DNA of 64,000 bases. Source: Candidatus Zixiibacteriota bacterium (lineage in GTDB: Bacteria; RBG-13-66-14; B26-G2; WVWN01). A program made the translations under genes and the position numbers. Under the pieces are notes generated by a model. The model worked only from the letters and a program-made list of their open reading frames with translations. It was not told where the DNA came from and did not search any database. This document shows positions 28,550 through 37,814 of this stretch, in pieces (the stretch's first letter is position 1; each line of letters begins with the position of its first letter). The stretch is taken from contig JASFLY010000010.1 in the NCBI GenBank assembly GCA_050117845.1, positions 28,812 to 92,811 on the forward strand, in the 5' to 3' direction.

Positions 28550-29674
28550 TTAGGTTCCGGCCTTGGCTTTGACGATGCGGCCGCGGTAGGTTTTCCCGGC
28601 GCCGATGAGGTAGAAGTTAGTGCCGTCGTACGCGGAGTAGGCGCAACCTTCGGGCAGCGGCGTCGCTAGTTCTTCCCACTTTTTCGCCTGGAGGTCGTAG
28701 CGGTAGGTTTTGAGGCCCATGCGGCCCGCCGTCCCCAGGGCCTCGGCCTCGCAACCGCCGACGACGTAGATGTAGTCGCCGACCGTGTAGGCCGCCGCTC
28801 CGGCGCGGGGCGCGGGGAGGGTCGGTACCTTTTGCCACTTGTAATACGTCAGGTCGTAGCGATATACGGCGTTGGTGACGTGGGCCGGCTTGAGCTGTTT
28901 CCCGCCGATGACGTAGATGCCCCCGGCGGCCACCGTCGCGGCCGGAGACGCGAGCGGAACCGGCAGTTCGTGGTACTTCTTCCATACACCCTCGGCCGGG
29001 GAGAAGCTGTGCATTTGATGATTGAACTCGGCCACCGGGTCCGCCGGGTCGAAGGTTCCGCCGATGACGAAGAGGTCCTTCCCGCTAAAGAAGGCCGCCG
29101 CATCGCCGCGGGGCACGGGCAGGTACGCTTCTAGCTCGAGTTCCTTCGCCCCCGGCCGCCAGGTGTAAACCTCGCCCACGGGCGTCTCGAGTTCGGCGAA
29201 GTCCAGCCGGCCTTCGGGCGCGAGTCCCATGGGCGGCGGCGTATACATTCCGCCGAGGAACCAGACCCGGCCGTCCGGCCCCGCCGCCACGGCCGCGTGG
29301 GCGCGTTCGGCGAAGCGGCTGGGATAGGTAGCGACCTCGCGGGTGCCGCCGGCCAAAATCTCGACCACGACGACCTCCGCCCGGTCGCGGGGGCCGTCGG
29401 CCGCGCCGGCGAGTTTACGGGTCCCCATCAGGTAGAGCTTGCCGGAGGTCCATACCGCGCCCGCGGGCCAATCCATTTTCGCGGCGTCGACGCCCGCCGG
29501 AGACCATTCCTCCCACAATATGTCCTGGGCCGCCGTCGGCGCGCGCAGCGTTTCGATGGCGGGTGCTTCCTCCGCGGTCGAGGCCGTCTCGGCGCTGCCG
29601 TCGCTCTTCTCCGCCGGCCCGCACGAAAGGACGATGGCGGCGACCACGCCGACTATTAATATGTAAACCCTCAC
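28550..29674 (-). CDS. Kelch-repeat lipoprotein
   Basis: Lipobox VLSC; Kelch blades LFVIGG, IYVIGG, IYVVGG with YRYD....W and LP.PR. Confidence 0.85.
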   Translation of the reverse strand: MRVYILIVGVVAAIVLSCGPAEKSDGSAETASTAEEAPAIETLRAPTAAQDILWEEWSPAGVDAAKMDWPAGAVWTSGKLYLMGTRKLAGAADGPRDRAEVVVVEILAGGTREVATYPSRFAERAHAAVAAGPDGRVWFLGGMYTPPPMGLAPEGRLDFAELETPVGEVYTWRPGAKELELEAYLPVPRGDAAAFFSGKDLFVIGGTFDPADPVAEFNHQMHSFSPAEGVWKKYHELPVPLASPAATVAAGGIYVIGGKQLKPAHVTNAVYRYDLTYYKWQKVPTLPAPRAGAAAYTVGDYIYVVGGCEAEALGTAGRMGLKTYRYDLQAKKWEELATPLPEGCAYSAYDGTNFYLIGAGKTYRGRIVKAKAGT

Positions 29675-29985
29675 GACTTGCCGTCCTTCTTGTCGGCGCC
29701 CAGGACCTTGGGGACGGAAACGTAGCCGTCGTGGGAAGCGGGCGCGTTCGAAAGCGCCAGGTCGGGCGGCAGGGAAGGGGCGACCTCGTCCGGCCGCAGC
29801 TCCGCCGGCTCGAGCGCCGTGCGGGGCGGCCCCTCCTCGACTTCCAGCCGGGCGAGGATTTCTACGTTCTCGAGAAGCCCCTCTATCTCCCGGGCGAGTT
29901 GCTCTTCCTCCTCGGCCGGCAGCGCGAGGTAGGACTCCCGGATCATTTTGCGGATTACGGCTATCCGTTCCTGGTCTGCGGTCAT
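29671..29985 (-). CDS. gatC: Asp-tRNA(Asn)/Glu-tRNA(Gln) amidotransferase subunit C
   Basis: LRPDEVAPSL...ALSNAP..HDGYVSVPKVL; 104 aa; upstream of gatA. Confidence 0.88.
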   Translation of the reverse strand: MTADQERIAVIRKMIRESYLALPAEEEEQLAREIEGLLENVEILARLEVEEGPPRTALEPAELRPDEVAPSLPPDLALSNAPASHDGYVSVPKVLGADKKDGKS

Positions 29986-30007
29986 ATAAGCATCTCCGTA
30001 AAGGCCG

Positions 30008-31978
30008 TTACTTGCCCCGGCGTCCCCAGGGCTCGTATTGGATTACGTCGTCTACGTCCACCGGCTCGAGTTCGGCCAACTGCGGGTCGCCTATCTCGTC
30101 CAAAAAGCGCGAGCGTTCCCGGACCTCCGGGACGCCCGCCACCGTGCGCGACTCGGCGTACGAGAGGTACAGCAGGTCCTTGGCGCGCGTCATGCCGACG
30201 TAGCACAGCCGCCGTTCCTCCTCCAGTTCGGCCGTCTCGCCCATGGAGTTGGCGTGGGGCAGTTGGCGCTCCTCCATTCCCACGACGAAGACGGCGCCGA
30301 ACTCCAGCCCCTTGGCCGTGTGGAGCGTCATCAGCGAGACGCGGTCGGCGTCGGCGTCGAAGGCGTCGATGTCGCTCACCAGCGCCACCGATTCCAGGAA
30401 CTCGCCCAACGTCGCCCCCGGCCGCTCGTCCTCGAACTCGGCCGCCGCCGTTATGAGTTCCCGGACGTTTTCGGCCCGCGCCTCGCCCCGGACGTCCTCC
30501 TGTTCGGTCAGCCAGTTGAGGTAGCCGCTCTTCTCGACCACCGTCTGGAGCGTGACGCTCGGCGGCGTCGTTTCCGCCCCGGCGGCGAGTTCGGATATCA
30601 GCGTCGTGAAGCGCCGGAGGCCGTTCGCGGCCCGGGACGGCAGCGTCGCCAGGACCTCGTCGTCCATCGCCGTCTCGAAGGGCGACCGGCCTCGCCGGGC
30701 GTCCTCTATCTTCCCGAGCGAAGCGGCGCCCGCGCCCCGCGGCGGGAGGTTGACGACGCGGCCGTAGGCCACGGCGTCCCTCTGGTTATGTATGAGGCGG
30801 AGGTACGCCAGCGCGTCCTTGACCTCGCGCCGTTCGTAGAAGCGCGTTCCGCCCAGGAGCTGGAACGGCAGGCCGGTCGCGGCCAGCACCTCCTCCAGAA
30901 CGCGCGACTGGGCGTTGACTCGATAGAGGATGGCGCATTCCCGATAGTCCAGGCCGTAGTTGGCCCGGACCTCCTCCAGCGCGTACGCCACCCGCAGGGC
31001 CTCGTGCCGTTCGTCGTAGCACCGGATCACCGCCGGCTTTACTTCGTGCTCCCGGTCGCTCCACAGGTCCTTGGCGTAGCGGTTCTTGCTGTTGAACTTT
31101 ATCAGGGCGTTGGCCGCGTCGAGGATACTCTGGTGGGAGCGGTAGTTCTGCTCCAGCGCGAAGACCTCGGCCTCCGGGAAGTCGGTGGTGAAGCGCTTGA
31201 AGTTGCGGATGTCCGCGCCGCGCCAGCGGTAAATCGACTGGTCCGGGTCGCCGACGACGCATATCTGACGGTATTTCGAGGCCAGGAGTTTAAGCATCTG
31301 GTACTGCGCGACGTTGGTGTCCTGATACTCGTCCACCAGGATATGCCGGAAACGGTCCTGCCAGCGCTCCCGGACGTCGGGCCGCCGTCCCAGAAGAAGC
31401 GCCGTCTCCATGATGAGGTCGCCGAAGTCGTAGGCGTTGTTCTCGCGCAGGAGTTCCTGGTACGCGGCGTAAACGTCGGCGATGACCTCGCGGTAGCCGT
31501 CGCCCCGCGGGTACTCCGGGGCGGTGATGAGTTCGCGCTTGGCCGCCTCCACCGCCGCCGCGAGCCGCTTGTAATGGAATTGCTCGGCGGGCAGGGACCA
31601 CTTGTTGGCTATTTTTTTGAGGGCGGCCTCGGTGTCCGCCTGGTCGAATATGACGAAGTTGCGGTCGGCCCGGCCGCCGGAGTGCCCCGCTTCCGCGCGG
31701 AGGAAGTTGGCGCCCAGCGCGTGGAAGGTTCCCACTGTTACGGCGGGCCGGTAGCCCAGGCCGGCCTCGAGGCGCCGTTGCATCTCCTGGGCCGCCTTGT
31801 TGGTGAAGGTCACGGCGAGGATGTTGGCGGGCGGGACGTTTCGGGCCGCGATGAGGTGGAGGATGCGTTCGGTTATCACGCGGGTCTTGCCCGACCCGGC
31901 GCCGGCGATGACGACCATCGGCCCGGGCGGGGCGGTGACGACGCGCTCCTGGGAGGGGTTCAGGGTGTTTTTAGCCAC
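30008..31978 (-). CDS. pcrA: ATP-dependent DNA helicase UvrD/PcrA family
   Basis: AGAGSGKTRVIT, AVTFTNKAA, VDEYQDTN, VGDPDQSIYRWRGA, LEQNYRS, LYRVNAQSR, LMTLHTAKGLEF, EEERRLCYVGMTRA. Confidence 0.93.
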   Translation of the reverse strand: MAKNTLNPSQERVVTAPPGPMVVIAGAGSGKTRVITERILHLIAARNVPPANILAVTFTNKAAQEMQRRLEAGLGYRPAVTVGTFHALGANFLRAEAGHSGGRADRNFVIFDQADTEAALKKIANKWSLPAEQFHYKRLAAAVEAAKRELITAPEYPRGDGYREVIADVYAAYQELLRENNAYDFGDLIMETALLLGRRPDVRERWQDRFRHILVDEYQDTNVAQYQMLKLLASKYRQICVVGDPDQSIYRWRGADIRNFKRFTTDFPEAEVFALEQNYRSHQSILDAANALIKFNSKNRYAKDLWSDREHEVKPAVIRCYDERHEALRVAYALEEVRANYGLDYRECAILYRVNAQSRVLEEVLAATGLPFQLLGGTRFYERREVKDALAYLRLIHNQRDAVAYGRVVNLPPRGAGAASLGKIEDARRGRSPFETAMDDEVLATLPSRAANGLRRFTTLISELAAGAETTPPSVTLQTVVEKSGYLNWLTEQEDVRGEARAENVRELITAAAEFEDERPGATLGEFLESVALVSDIDAFDADADRVSLMTLHTAKGLEFGAVFVVGMEERQLPHANSMGETAELEEERRLCYVGMTRAKDLLYLSYAESRTVAGVPEVRERSRFLDEIGDPQLAELEPVDVDDVIQYEPWGRRGK

Positions 31979-32052
31979 GGTTTGTCGCTTCCGGTATTAA
32001 AAATCGCCCTTGCGGGCGTCGGTCCGAAGGGGCGCGGGTACGGCGTCGCCGC

Positions 32053-33120
32053 CTATTGCGCTTTCTTCTCGAGGATGCTTCCCAGGCCGATGTCGTGGGG
32101 CGAGCCGTTCGTCCCGAAGAGATGCTCGAGCACTTTATTATGGCGCCGGGAGGCCGCTATCTTGTTCGATTGGTTCACCGCGGTCTCGAAGACCTGTTCC
32201 TTGACCTCGGCGAGCGCGACGATGAGGTTCTTCTTGCCGAGGTCGTCGAGCGATTCGATGTCGGCGTCAAGCTGGGCCACGTTCACGCGGTTACCCTTGA
32301 ATTTTATAATGTCTACCTGCGGGTAGCGCTCGGCCTGCTTGGCCACCCGGTCGCTAAGGGGCACGTCCTGCTTCACGGCGTTGTACAGGCCGTTCGGCTT
32401 GTCGAAGTTGTCGAGGAGCTGGTTTATAAAAAGGGCCAGGACGCCGACGTTGGTCTTGGCGGCGGGGCCGGTTCCGGCGACCCGGGGTTTCGCTTCCGGT
32501 TGTTCGACGCCCTTGAGGAACTCGCCCAGCGTCTTCGCCGGCGTGCCTTCGCCGGACGCCGGGGGCGCCGGTTTGGCGTCCGGGGCGTGGACTTCGAGCA
32601 GGCCCGATTCGATAAGCGTAAAGACTATCTGGGTGGTCTTGAGTTCGGAGAAGCCGGTTTTCTCGGCCAGGTCGGTCAGTGAGAGTTCGCCGTTGACGAG
32701 CGAGAGGACCTTCCACTCGTGGGCCTGGAGCGTGATGTTGTCGGCCTTCTCGCCCGGGCCCGCCGCGAACGCCACGACGTAATTCGATTCCGGGATTACC
32801 TTGCGGAGTTTCGTCCACTCGTCGAGCCGCCGGACCGCCTCCATGATGAGGTTCTGGCAGTCGAGTTCGATGCTGCGGAGGTCGGTCTTGGAGTCGGTAT
32901 CGAAGGTGAAGCGACCCTCCCGCCAGTTGAACGTCTCGTAGACGGCCTTCTCGCCGTCCATGTCGGCCACCTGGGCGTGGACGGCCTGGCCGCGTTCGAA
33001 CCAGATACGGGCGGCCCGGTCGCCGTCCGTTATAACGAGGAGCCCCGTGCGGGAGCCCATGTTGATGAGCTGGAGAACGTCCGCGAGGGGGAAGTCTTCG
33101 AGATTTCCGTCAAGGCCCAT
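32053..33120 (-). CDS. DUF4388 (PATAN-like) domain protein with a winged-helix-like middle and an unknown C-terminal domain
   Basis: MGLDGNLEDFPLADVLQLI...RTGLL, WREGRFTF, LIMEAVRRLDEW, EWKVLSLVNG. Confidence 0.85.
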   Translation of the reverse strand: MGLDGNLEDFPLADVLQLINMGSRTGLLVITDGDRAARIWFERGQAVHAQVADMDGEKAVYETFNWREGRFTFDTDSKTDLRSIELDCQNLIMEAVRRLDEWTKLRKVIPESNYVVAFAAGPGEKADNITLQAHEWKVLSLVNGELSLTDLAEKTGFSELKTTQIVFTLIESGLLEVHAPDAKPAPPASGEGTPAKTLGEFLKGVEQPEAKPRVAGTGPAAKTNVGVLALFINQLLDNFDKPNGLYNAVKQDVPLSDRVAKQAERYPQVDIIKFKGNRVNVAQLDADIESLDDLGKKNLIVALAEVKEQVFETAVNQSNKIAASRRHNKVLEHLFGTNGSPHDIGLGSILEKKAQ

Positions 33121-33201
33121 AGAATTGAGACGAAATAAGCCGGCCGGGGTGACTCCTCGCTATCGCCTCCCGTAGCCGACGTAGGTTGAGCTTAAATCAT
33201 T

Positions 33202-33795
33202 TCAGCGCGCCGTCTGGCGTGAGAGGTGCGCGATTACGAGCTTGGAAATTGCGCGCAGCGAATCGAATACGCCGATACCGGTCGTCGCGATGGATTCGAA
33301 ACACGGTACCTGTTCGTGGTTGAGCGCCGCCTCGAGTTGTTCCACGGGCGAGCAGTTGGGGAGGTCGCGCTTATTGTACTGGAGGATGTAGGGGATATTG
33401 TCGAGCGAGTACCCCTGCAACTGCAAATTCTTTTTCATGTTTTCGAACGATTCTATGTTCTCGTCGAAACGATTGCGCTGGGAGTCCACGACGAAGACGA
33501 TGCCGTCCACGCCCTTGAGGATGAGCTTGCGGGAGGCGTCGTAGTGCACCTGCCCCGGGACGGTGTAGAGGTGGAACCGGGTTTTGAATCCGTTTACGGT
33601 TCCGAGTTCGAGCGGGAGGAAGTCGAAGAAGAGCGTGCGGTCGGTGTCCGTCGCCAGCGAGACCATCTTCCCTTTGATGTCGTGGGGGAGTTTCTCGTGG
33701 ACGTACAATAGGTTTGTGGTTTTACCGCAAAGGCCGCAACCGTAGTATACGATCTTGCAGTTGATCTCGCGCGAGGAATAGTTGATTAGCGACAT
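33202..33795 (-). CDS. mglA: MglA Ras-like small GTPase
   Basis: INYSSREINCKIVYYGCGLCGKTTNL, DRTLFFDFLPL, LYTVPGQV, LILKGVDGIVFVVDSQ, QYNKRDL. Confidence 0.96.
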   Translation of the reverse strand: MSLINYSSREINCKIVYYGCGLCGKTTNLLYVHEKLPHDIKGKMVSLATDTDRTLFFDFLPLELGTVNGFKTRFHLYTVPGQVHYDASRKLILKGVDGIVFVVDSQRNRFDENIESFENMKKNLQLQGYSLDNIPYILQYNKRDLPNCSPVEQLEAALNHEQVPCFESIATTGIGVFDSLRAISKLVIAHLSRQTAR

Positions 33796-33825
33796 ATCCG
33801 ACCCCCGGCCGCAGACCGGAATAGG

Positions 33826-34326
33826 TTAATCTTTGAACAGGTTGTCGATCTCGCTTTCGGCTACGCTGGTGAAGGTTTCGCCCAGAGGCGACGGGGCCTC
33901 GGCCCCTCGCTCCGCGACCTTTTGGAAGATGCGGTTGAATATGGCCGATAGCTCTTCCACGGCCTTCTTGACGCGTAGGCGAACCAGGCCCAGGGTCGTT
34001 TTATTGTCAAAAACGACGACGAGAATGACCCGCCCGGCCACTACGGAAAGGTGTATGGATTCGTTCGTTCCCTGGTGAAAAAGGACCGAAAATTCTTCCT
34101 GTCCGAGGATTTTCGCGAGTTCGCTGGTCGCGGCGTAATTCCCCGCCGAAAGCGAGGCGAATGACAACGAATCCATGTTCTCGGTGTCCCCCTGACCCGA
34201 GACGAGCTGGCCGGACCGGTCCACGAGTATTGCGAACTTCGAATTCGTCTCGCGGACCAACGTCGACAGGATTTCGTTGATGGTAGTATAGTCTTCTTCG
34301 AAAAGTACTAAGTCACTGCCAGGCAT
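33826..34326 (-). CDS. mglB: MglB roadblock/LC7 GTPase regulator
   Basis: LVLFEED, LVDRSGQL, ASLSAGNYAAT..LAKILG..EF..LFHQG, TTLGLVRLRVKK, C-terminal EIDNLF helix. Confidence 0.95.
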   Translation of the reverse strand: MPGSDLVLFEEDYTTINEILSTLVRETNSKFAILVDRSGQLVSGQGDTENMDSLSFASLSAGNYAATSELAKILGQEEFSVLFHQGTNESIHLSVVAGRVILVVVFDNKTTLGLVRLRVKKAVEELSAIFNRIFQKVAERGAEAPSPLGETFTSVAESEIDNLFKD

Positions 34327-34479
34327 AAAGTCTCACCTCGCGATTGGCGAGTATAGACTACACCGGCGCCATAAAAGACCTATAAACGCCGCTGACGCTT
34401 TGGTTTAATAAACACTTCTTAAGCTTTTCCATTAAAATATAAAACCCGAGGCAAGTCAAGTTGTTTTTCCTTATCCCGT

Positions 34480-37400
34480 TTATTTTAGTTGCCCCGAAGG
34501 CCGGCCCGGCCGGTCGGCCGGCGGAACCGTTTCCCTTCCCGCCCGTTCCGCCAACAGCGTCGCGTGCTTGCTCTCGAAGAGCCACCGCGCCCGCCGTCGG
34601 TATTTTTCCCGCTCGCTCTCTTTTTCCTGTATCGCCGCGAGGTCGAGGTAGCATTCCCCGCCGACGAGCCACAGGCCCATCTCCCGGCTCGCCGCCGCGG
34701 CCGCCCGCAGGTATTTCCGGGCGCGACGGAGGTCCCCGCCCGCGGCGAAAAGCGCCCCCGCCGTTTTATTGTACGCCGCCGAGAAGAGTTTTGATTCCCG
34801 GGCGCGCCGCTCGAGTTCGGGCCGGCCCAGCATTTCCTGGCACAGGTCCTCGTCGCCCCGGGCGAGCGCCGCCCATCCCGCCAGTATAACCGCCACCGCC
34901 CGCAGCGTGGCGTTCCCGTCCTCCGTGTATTGCGCCGCCGCCGCGTCCGCCAGCGCGTACGCCCGGTCGTAATCCTCGTCCGCGTAATAGGCGCCGGCCG
35001 CCTCCAGCAGTTTGGCGCCGGCCGGGCCGCCCTTTTCCCCTGCCGTCGCCTCCGCGGCCTTGCCGAGGAGAAGATGGTATCCTTCCGTGTCGCCGCGGAG
35101 GAGTTTGGCCGCGCCGGAGATCAAGGCCGCCGTCGCCGCACAGCCGTCGACGCCGTCGAATTCGGCCCGGTGGCGGGCTTCGTCCGCGAGCGTCTCGCTG
35201 CTTAAAACGTCGTCGACGAGCAAACTCAGCGTCGCTTCCGCGACGAGGGTCCGGCAGAATTTGGCCGAGTCTCCGACGACGCCGAACGTGTCCCGGCTGT
35301 CCCGCAGTACGTTCCGGGCCTTGGGGATCTGGCCGATCTCGAAGAACACGGGCGCGAACGAAAGGCCCATCTCGGCCGCCACTACGGGGCTCCGGCTCGT
35401 ATCGATGAGGGCCATCGCTTTCCGGGCGGCCTTGGCGGCCTCGGCTACCCGGCCGGTCCGGTATTTCAGCTCGGCCATGAGGCGGTACGGCGCGGGAGAG
35501 GACGACGGCCTGGTTTTAAGGGATTTCTCGAGTTCGTATACGGCCTTGCCCCGGTCTCCCCGCCGCGCGAACAGGCCGGCCAGGGCCAACTCGATTTCGG
35601 CTACCAGGGGTTCGTTTTCGAGTTTAACGCCCGATATTAGCGCTTTGAGTAGCACTTGCTCGGCCTCGTCGTAGTAATCTCGCAGTAGGTAAACGCGCCC
35701 CTGTGTCAGCAGTTTGCGGGTGTTGAAGAGCTCGTCGTCCGTCCCCGCTTTTTCCAGGTCGCTGAGCGACGCGGCCGCGAGGCCGGCTTCCCGGAACGCC
35801 TCGGCCCGCATCAGGAAGAGTTCGGGGAGAAGGCAGCGCTTGTCTTTGACCGGGCCGGGGGCCTTTTCGATTTCGCGAATAACCGCCGTGAGTTGGTCGG
35901 CCGCGGTCAACGGCGCCCCCAGCCACAGGGCCCGTTTCACGTTCTCGCGGGCCGATACGCAAGCCTCCGGGACGTCGCCCGTTTCGGCCTCCAGGCCGGC
36001 CCGGGCCGAGAGTTCCAGGGGGTAACGTTCGGCCAGAAAACGTACGGCGTACCGCCCGGCCACGGCGCGGTCCGCCGGATCCGGAACGAGTGTTTTCAGG
36101 ATGGCCTCGGCGACGTGCGGGGGGACGACCCGGCGGCCGTTTTCCCGGCCGGGGGGGAGGCGCAGGAAACGGAGTTTATACAATTTATAGCGCCAACTCT
36201 CGGCCGCGACGCCGCTTCCGCCCAACGCGTCGTTGGCGAGCGCCAGCAGGTCTTCGTCGCTAACCGGGATTCCGACGAGGGCCAGGGCCGCGGTGCACAG
36301 GTACCAGGGTTTGTCGAAATCGCGCAACCGTCTGCCAATGACGGCGGCGCTTCCGACGGCCTCGCCGCCCCGGGCCGCGAGCAGGGCGGCGTCGCTCTTT
36401 TCCCGGGAGAGGAGCCATAGCTGTTCCAGCGTCGCCGGATTTCCCCGGGCCCGGGCGTAAGGCATTAGCCGCCGTCCGCCGTCGTCCGCCTGGTCCATCG
36501 CCGCGGCGAAGGCGTCGACTTCGCTCTCTTCGAGCGGCGCAAGCGACAGCGTCAGGTCCGCCGCCCGGCGCAACGCGTAGTCCGGCGCCGCGCTCGACGC
36601 CATTATGGCCAACGGGGCGTCGCCGTCGTGGGCGAGCAGCGCCGTCAGGTATTCCTGGGAGGACGGGTCGGCGAAGTGGTAGTCGTCCAGTATTACGGCC
36701 GTAGGTCGCTCGTGGGCGAGGCGTGAAACCAGTTCAACGGCGACGTCGATTATACGGCTATGTCGGATGGCGGGAGCGGTATCGGCGGCGTACGGCGTGG
36801 CCTCGAAGGGCAGGCCCAACATCTCGCCGAAGAGGGGGGCCCATGTGACGAAGGACTCGTCGAGCGTTTCCAGCGCCGCCACGGGAGAGACGTCCGCCGG
36901 GGCGTCCGGCGAGACGTCCCGCAGCATCTCGCCCCAAACCTGCGTCCACGGGCCGAAAGGCTGATAGCGGCGGCGGGCGAACGACGGCGCGGCGTAAACG
37001 CGAAACCCCGCTTCCCGGGCCGCCGCGACGCCGCGTTCCAGCGTTGTGGTCTTTCCCGAACCGGTGCCGCCGGTCACGAGGGCGAGGCGCCGCCGCCGGT
37101 CGGCCTGCACATTGTCTAGGAAGGTTATAAGGCTGTCTTCGTACCCGCCCACCGGGACGTACGGGACGGGCGCGGGAGGTCCCCCGGCCGACGGCGCTCG
37201 CCGGTCCTCCTGCAGTTGGTAGATTTTAACGGCCGGCTTTCCGGTGCGCGCCTGGTAAAAGCCCACGGTGGAGTATTGGAAATCGTCGCCCGTAGCCTTG
37301 ACCACCGTCTCGCCGGCCAGCACCGCCCACTTGCTCGCCTTGTTGCGGAGCCGCTTGGCCCCCCCCACCGGGGAAGTCGCGGGCGTGTTCTCTTCGGCCG

Positions 37401-37812
37401 CTTCCGCCCGGGCATCCACGCCCATTTTGAGGTAGGGATTAGCCCGGGAGCTTTTAACTACGGAGGCGGCCATTTCCTGTACGGCCGCGCGCAGCGCCAG
37501 GGCGAAGGATACCGCGTCGATTATGGGGGACGGAAGGGTGGAGGGAAAGGTTACCGTAACGGCGGAGGCGTTCTCGCGGGTAATGGTGCCCTGGAAGGGC
37601 CCCGCCACCTCGTCGGCGATGGAGAGGAACTTCTCGGTCAGCTCGCCCAGGACGTCGGGCGAGAGCTGGGAGCCGAGCATCTCCAGGCCGGCGAGCTCGG
37701 CCGCGACGGCTGCGGCCACCTCGGCCGGGTCGCCGGTCTTGGCGCCGCAGAACGCGCAAAACGTTGCGGCCGGGGATATAGTCCGGCCGCATTTGGGACA
37801 GGCCGTGGGCAT
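34480..37812 (-). CDS. Zinc ribbon + degenerate class III nucleotide cyclase + STAND-type AAA ATPase + TPR-like helical repeats
   Basis: CPKCG..FCAFCG; cyclase-like segment lacking catalytic residues; GGTGSGKTT Walker A; ILDDYHFADPSS Walker B; RARGNP; Ala-rich helical C-terminus. Confidence 0.8.
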   Translation of the reverse strand: MPTACPKCGRTISPAATFCAFCGAKTGDPAEVAAAVAAELAGLEMLGSQLSPDVLGELTEKFLSIADEVAGPFQGTITRENASAVTVTFPSTLPSPIIDAVSFALALRAAVQEMAASVVKSSRANPYLKMGVDARAEAAEENTPATSPVGGAKRLRNKASKWAVLAGETVVKATGDDFQYSTVGFYQARTGKPAVKIYQLQEDRRAPSAGGPPAPVPYVPVGGYEDSLITFLDNVQADRRRRLALVTGGTGSGKTTTLERGVAAAREAGFRVYAAPSFARRRYQPFGPWTQVWGEMLRDVSPDAPADVSPVAALETLDESFVTWAPLFGEMLGLPFEATPYAADTAPAIRHSRIIDVAVELVSRLAHERPTAVILDDYHFADPSSQEYLTALLAHDGDAPLAIMASSAAPDYALRRAADLTLSLAPLEESEVDAFAAAMDQADDGGRRLMPYARARGNPATLEQLWLLSREKSDAALLAARGGEAVGSAAVIGRRLRDFDKPWYLCTAALALVGIPVSDEDLLALANDALGGSGVAAESWRYKLYKLRFLRLPPGRENGRRVVPPHVAEAILKTLVPDPADRAVAGRYAVRFLAERYPLELSARAGLEAETGDVPEACVSARENVKRALWLGAPLTAADQLTAVIREIEKAPGPVKDKRCLLPELFLMRAEAFREAGLAAASLSDLEKAGTDDELFNTRKLLTQGRVYLLRDYYDEAEQVLLKALISGVKLENEPLVAEIELALAGLFARRGDRGKAVYELEKSLKTRPSSSPAPYRLMAELKYRTGRVAEAAKAARKAMALIDTSRSPVVAAEMGLSFAPVFFEIGQIPKARNVLRDSRDTFGVVGDSAKFCRTLVAEATLSLLVDDVLSSETLADEARHRAEFDGVDGCAATAALISGAAKLLRGDTEGYHLLLGKAAEATAGEKGGPAGAKLLEAAGAYYADEDYDRAYALADAAAAQYTEDGNATLRAVAVILAGWAALARGDEDLCQEMLGRPELERRARESKLFSAAYNKTAGALFAAGGDLRRARKYLRAAAAASREMGLWLVGGECYLDLAAIQEKESEREKYRRRARWLFESKHATLLAERAGRETVPPADRPGRPSGQLK

Positions 37813-37814
37813 GT

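Noticed and set aside
30038..32326. Long antisense ORFs (e.g. 30038..32326 +, 51179..53428 +, 4866..6758 -, 15523..16872 +, 45063..46427 -)
   Set aside because: Typical stop-poor shadow frames of GC-rich genes; each lies opposite a well-supported gene and shows no family motifs.
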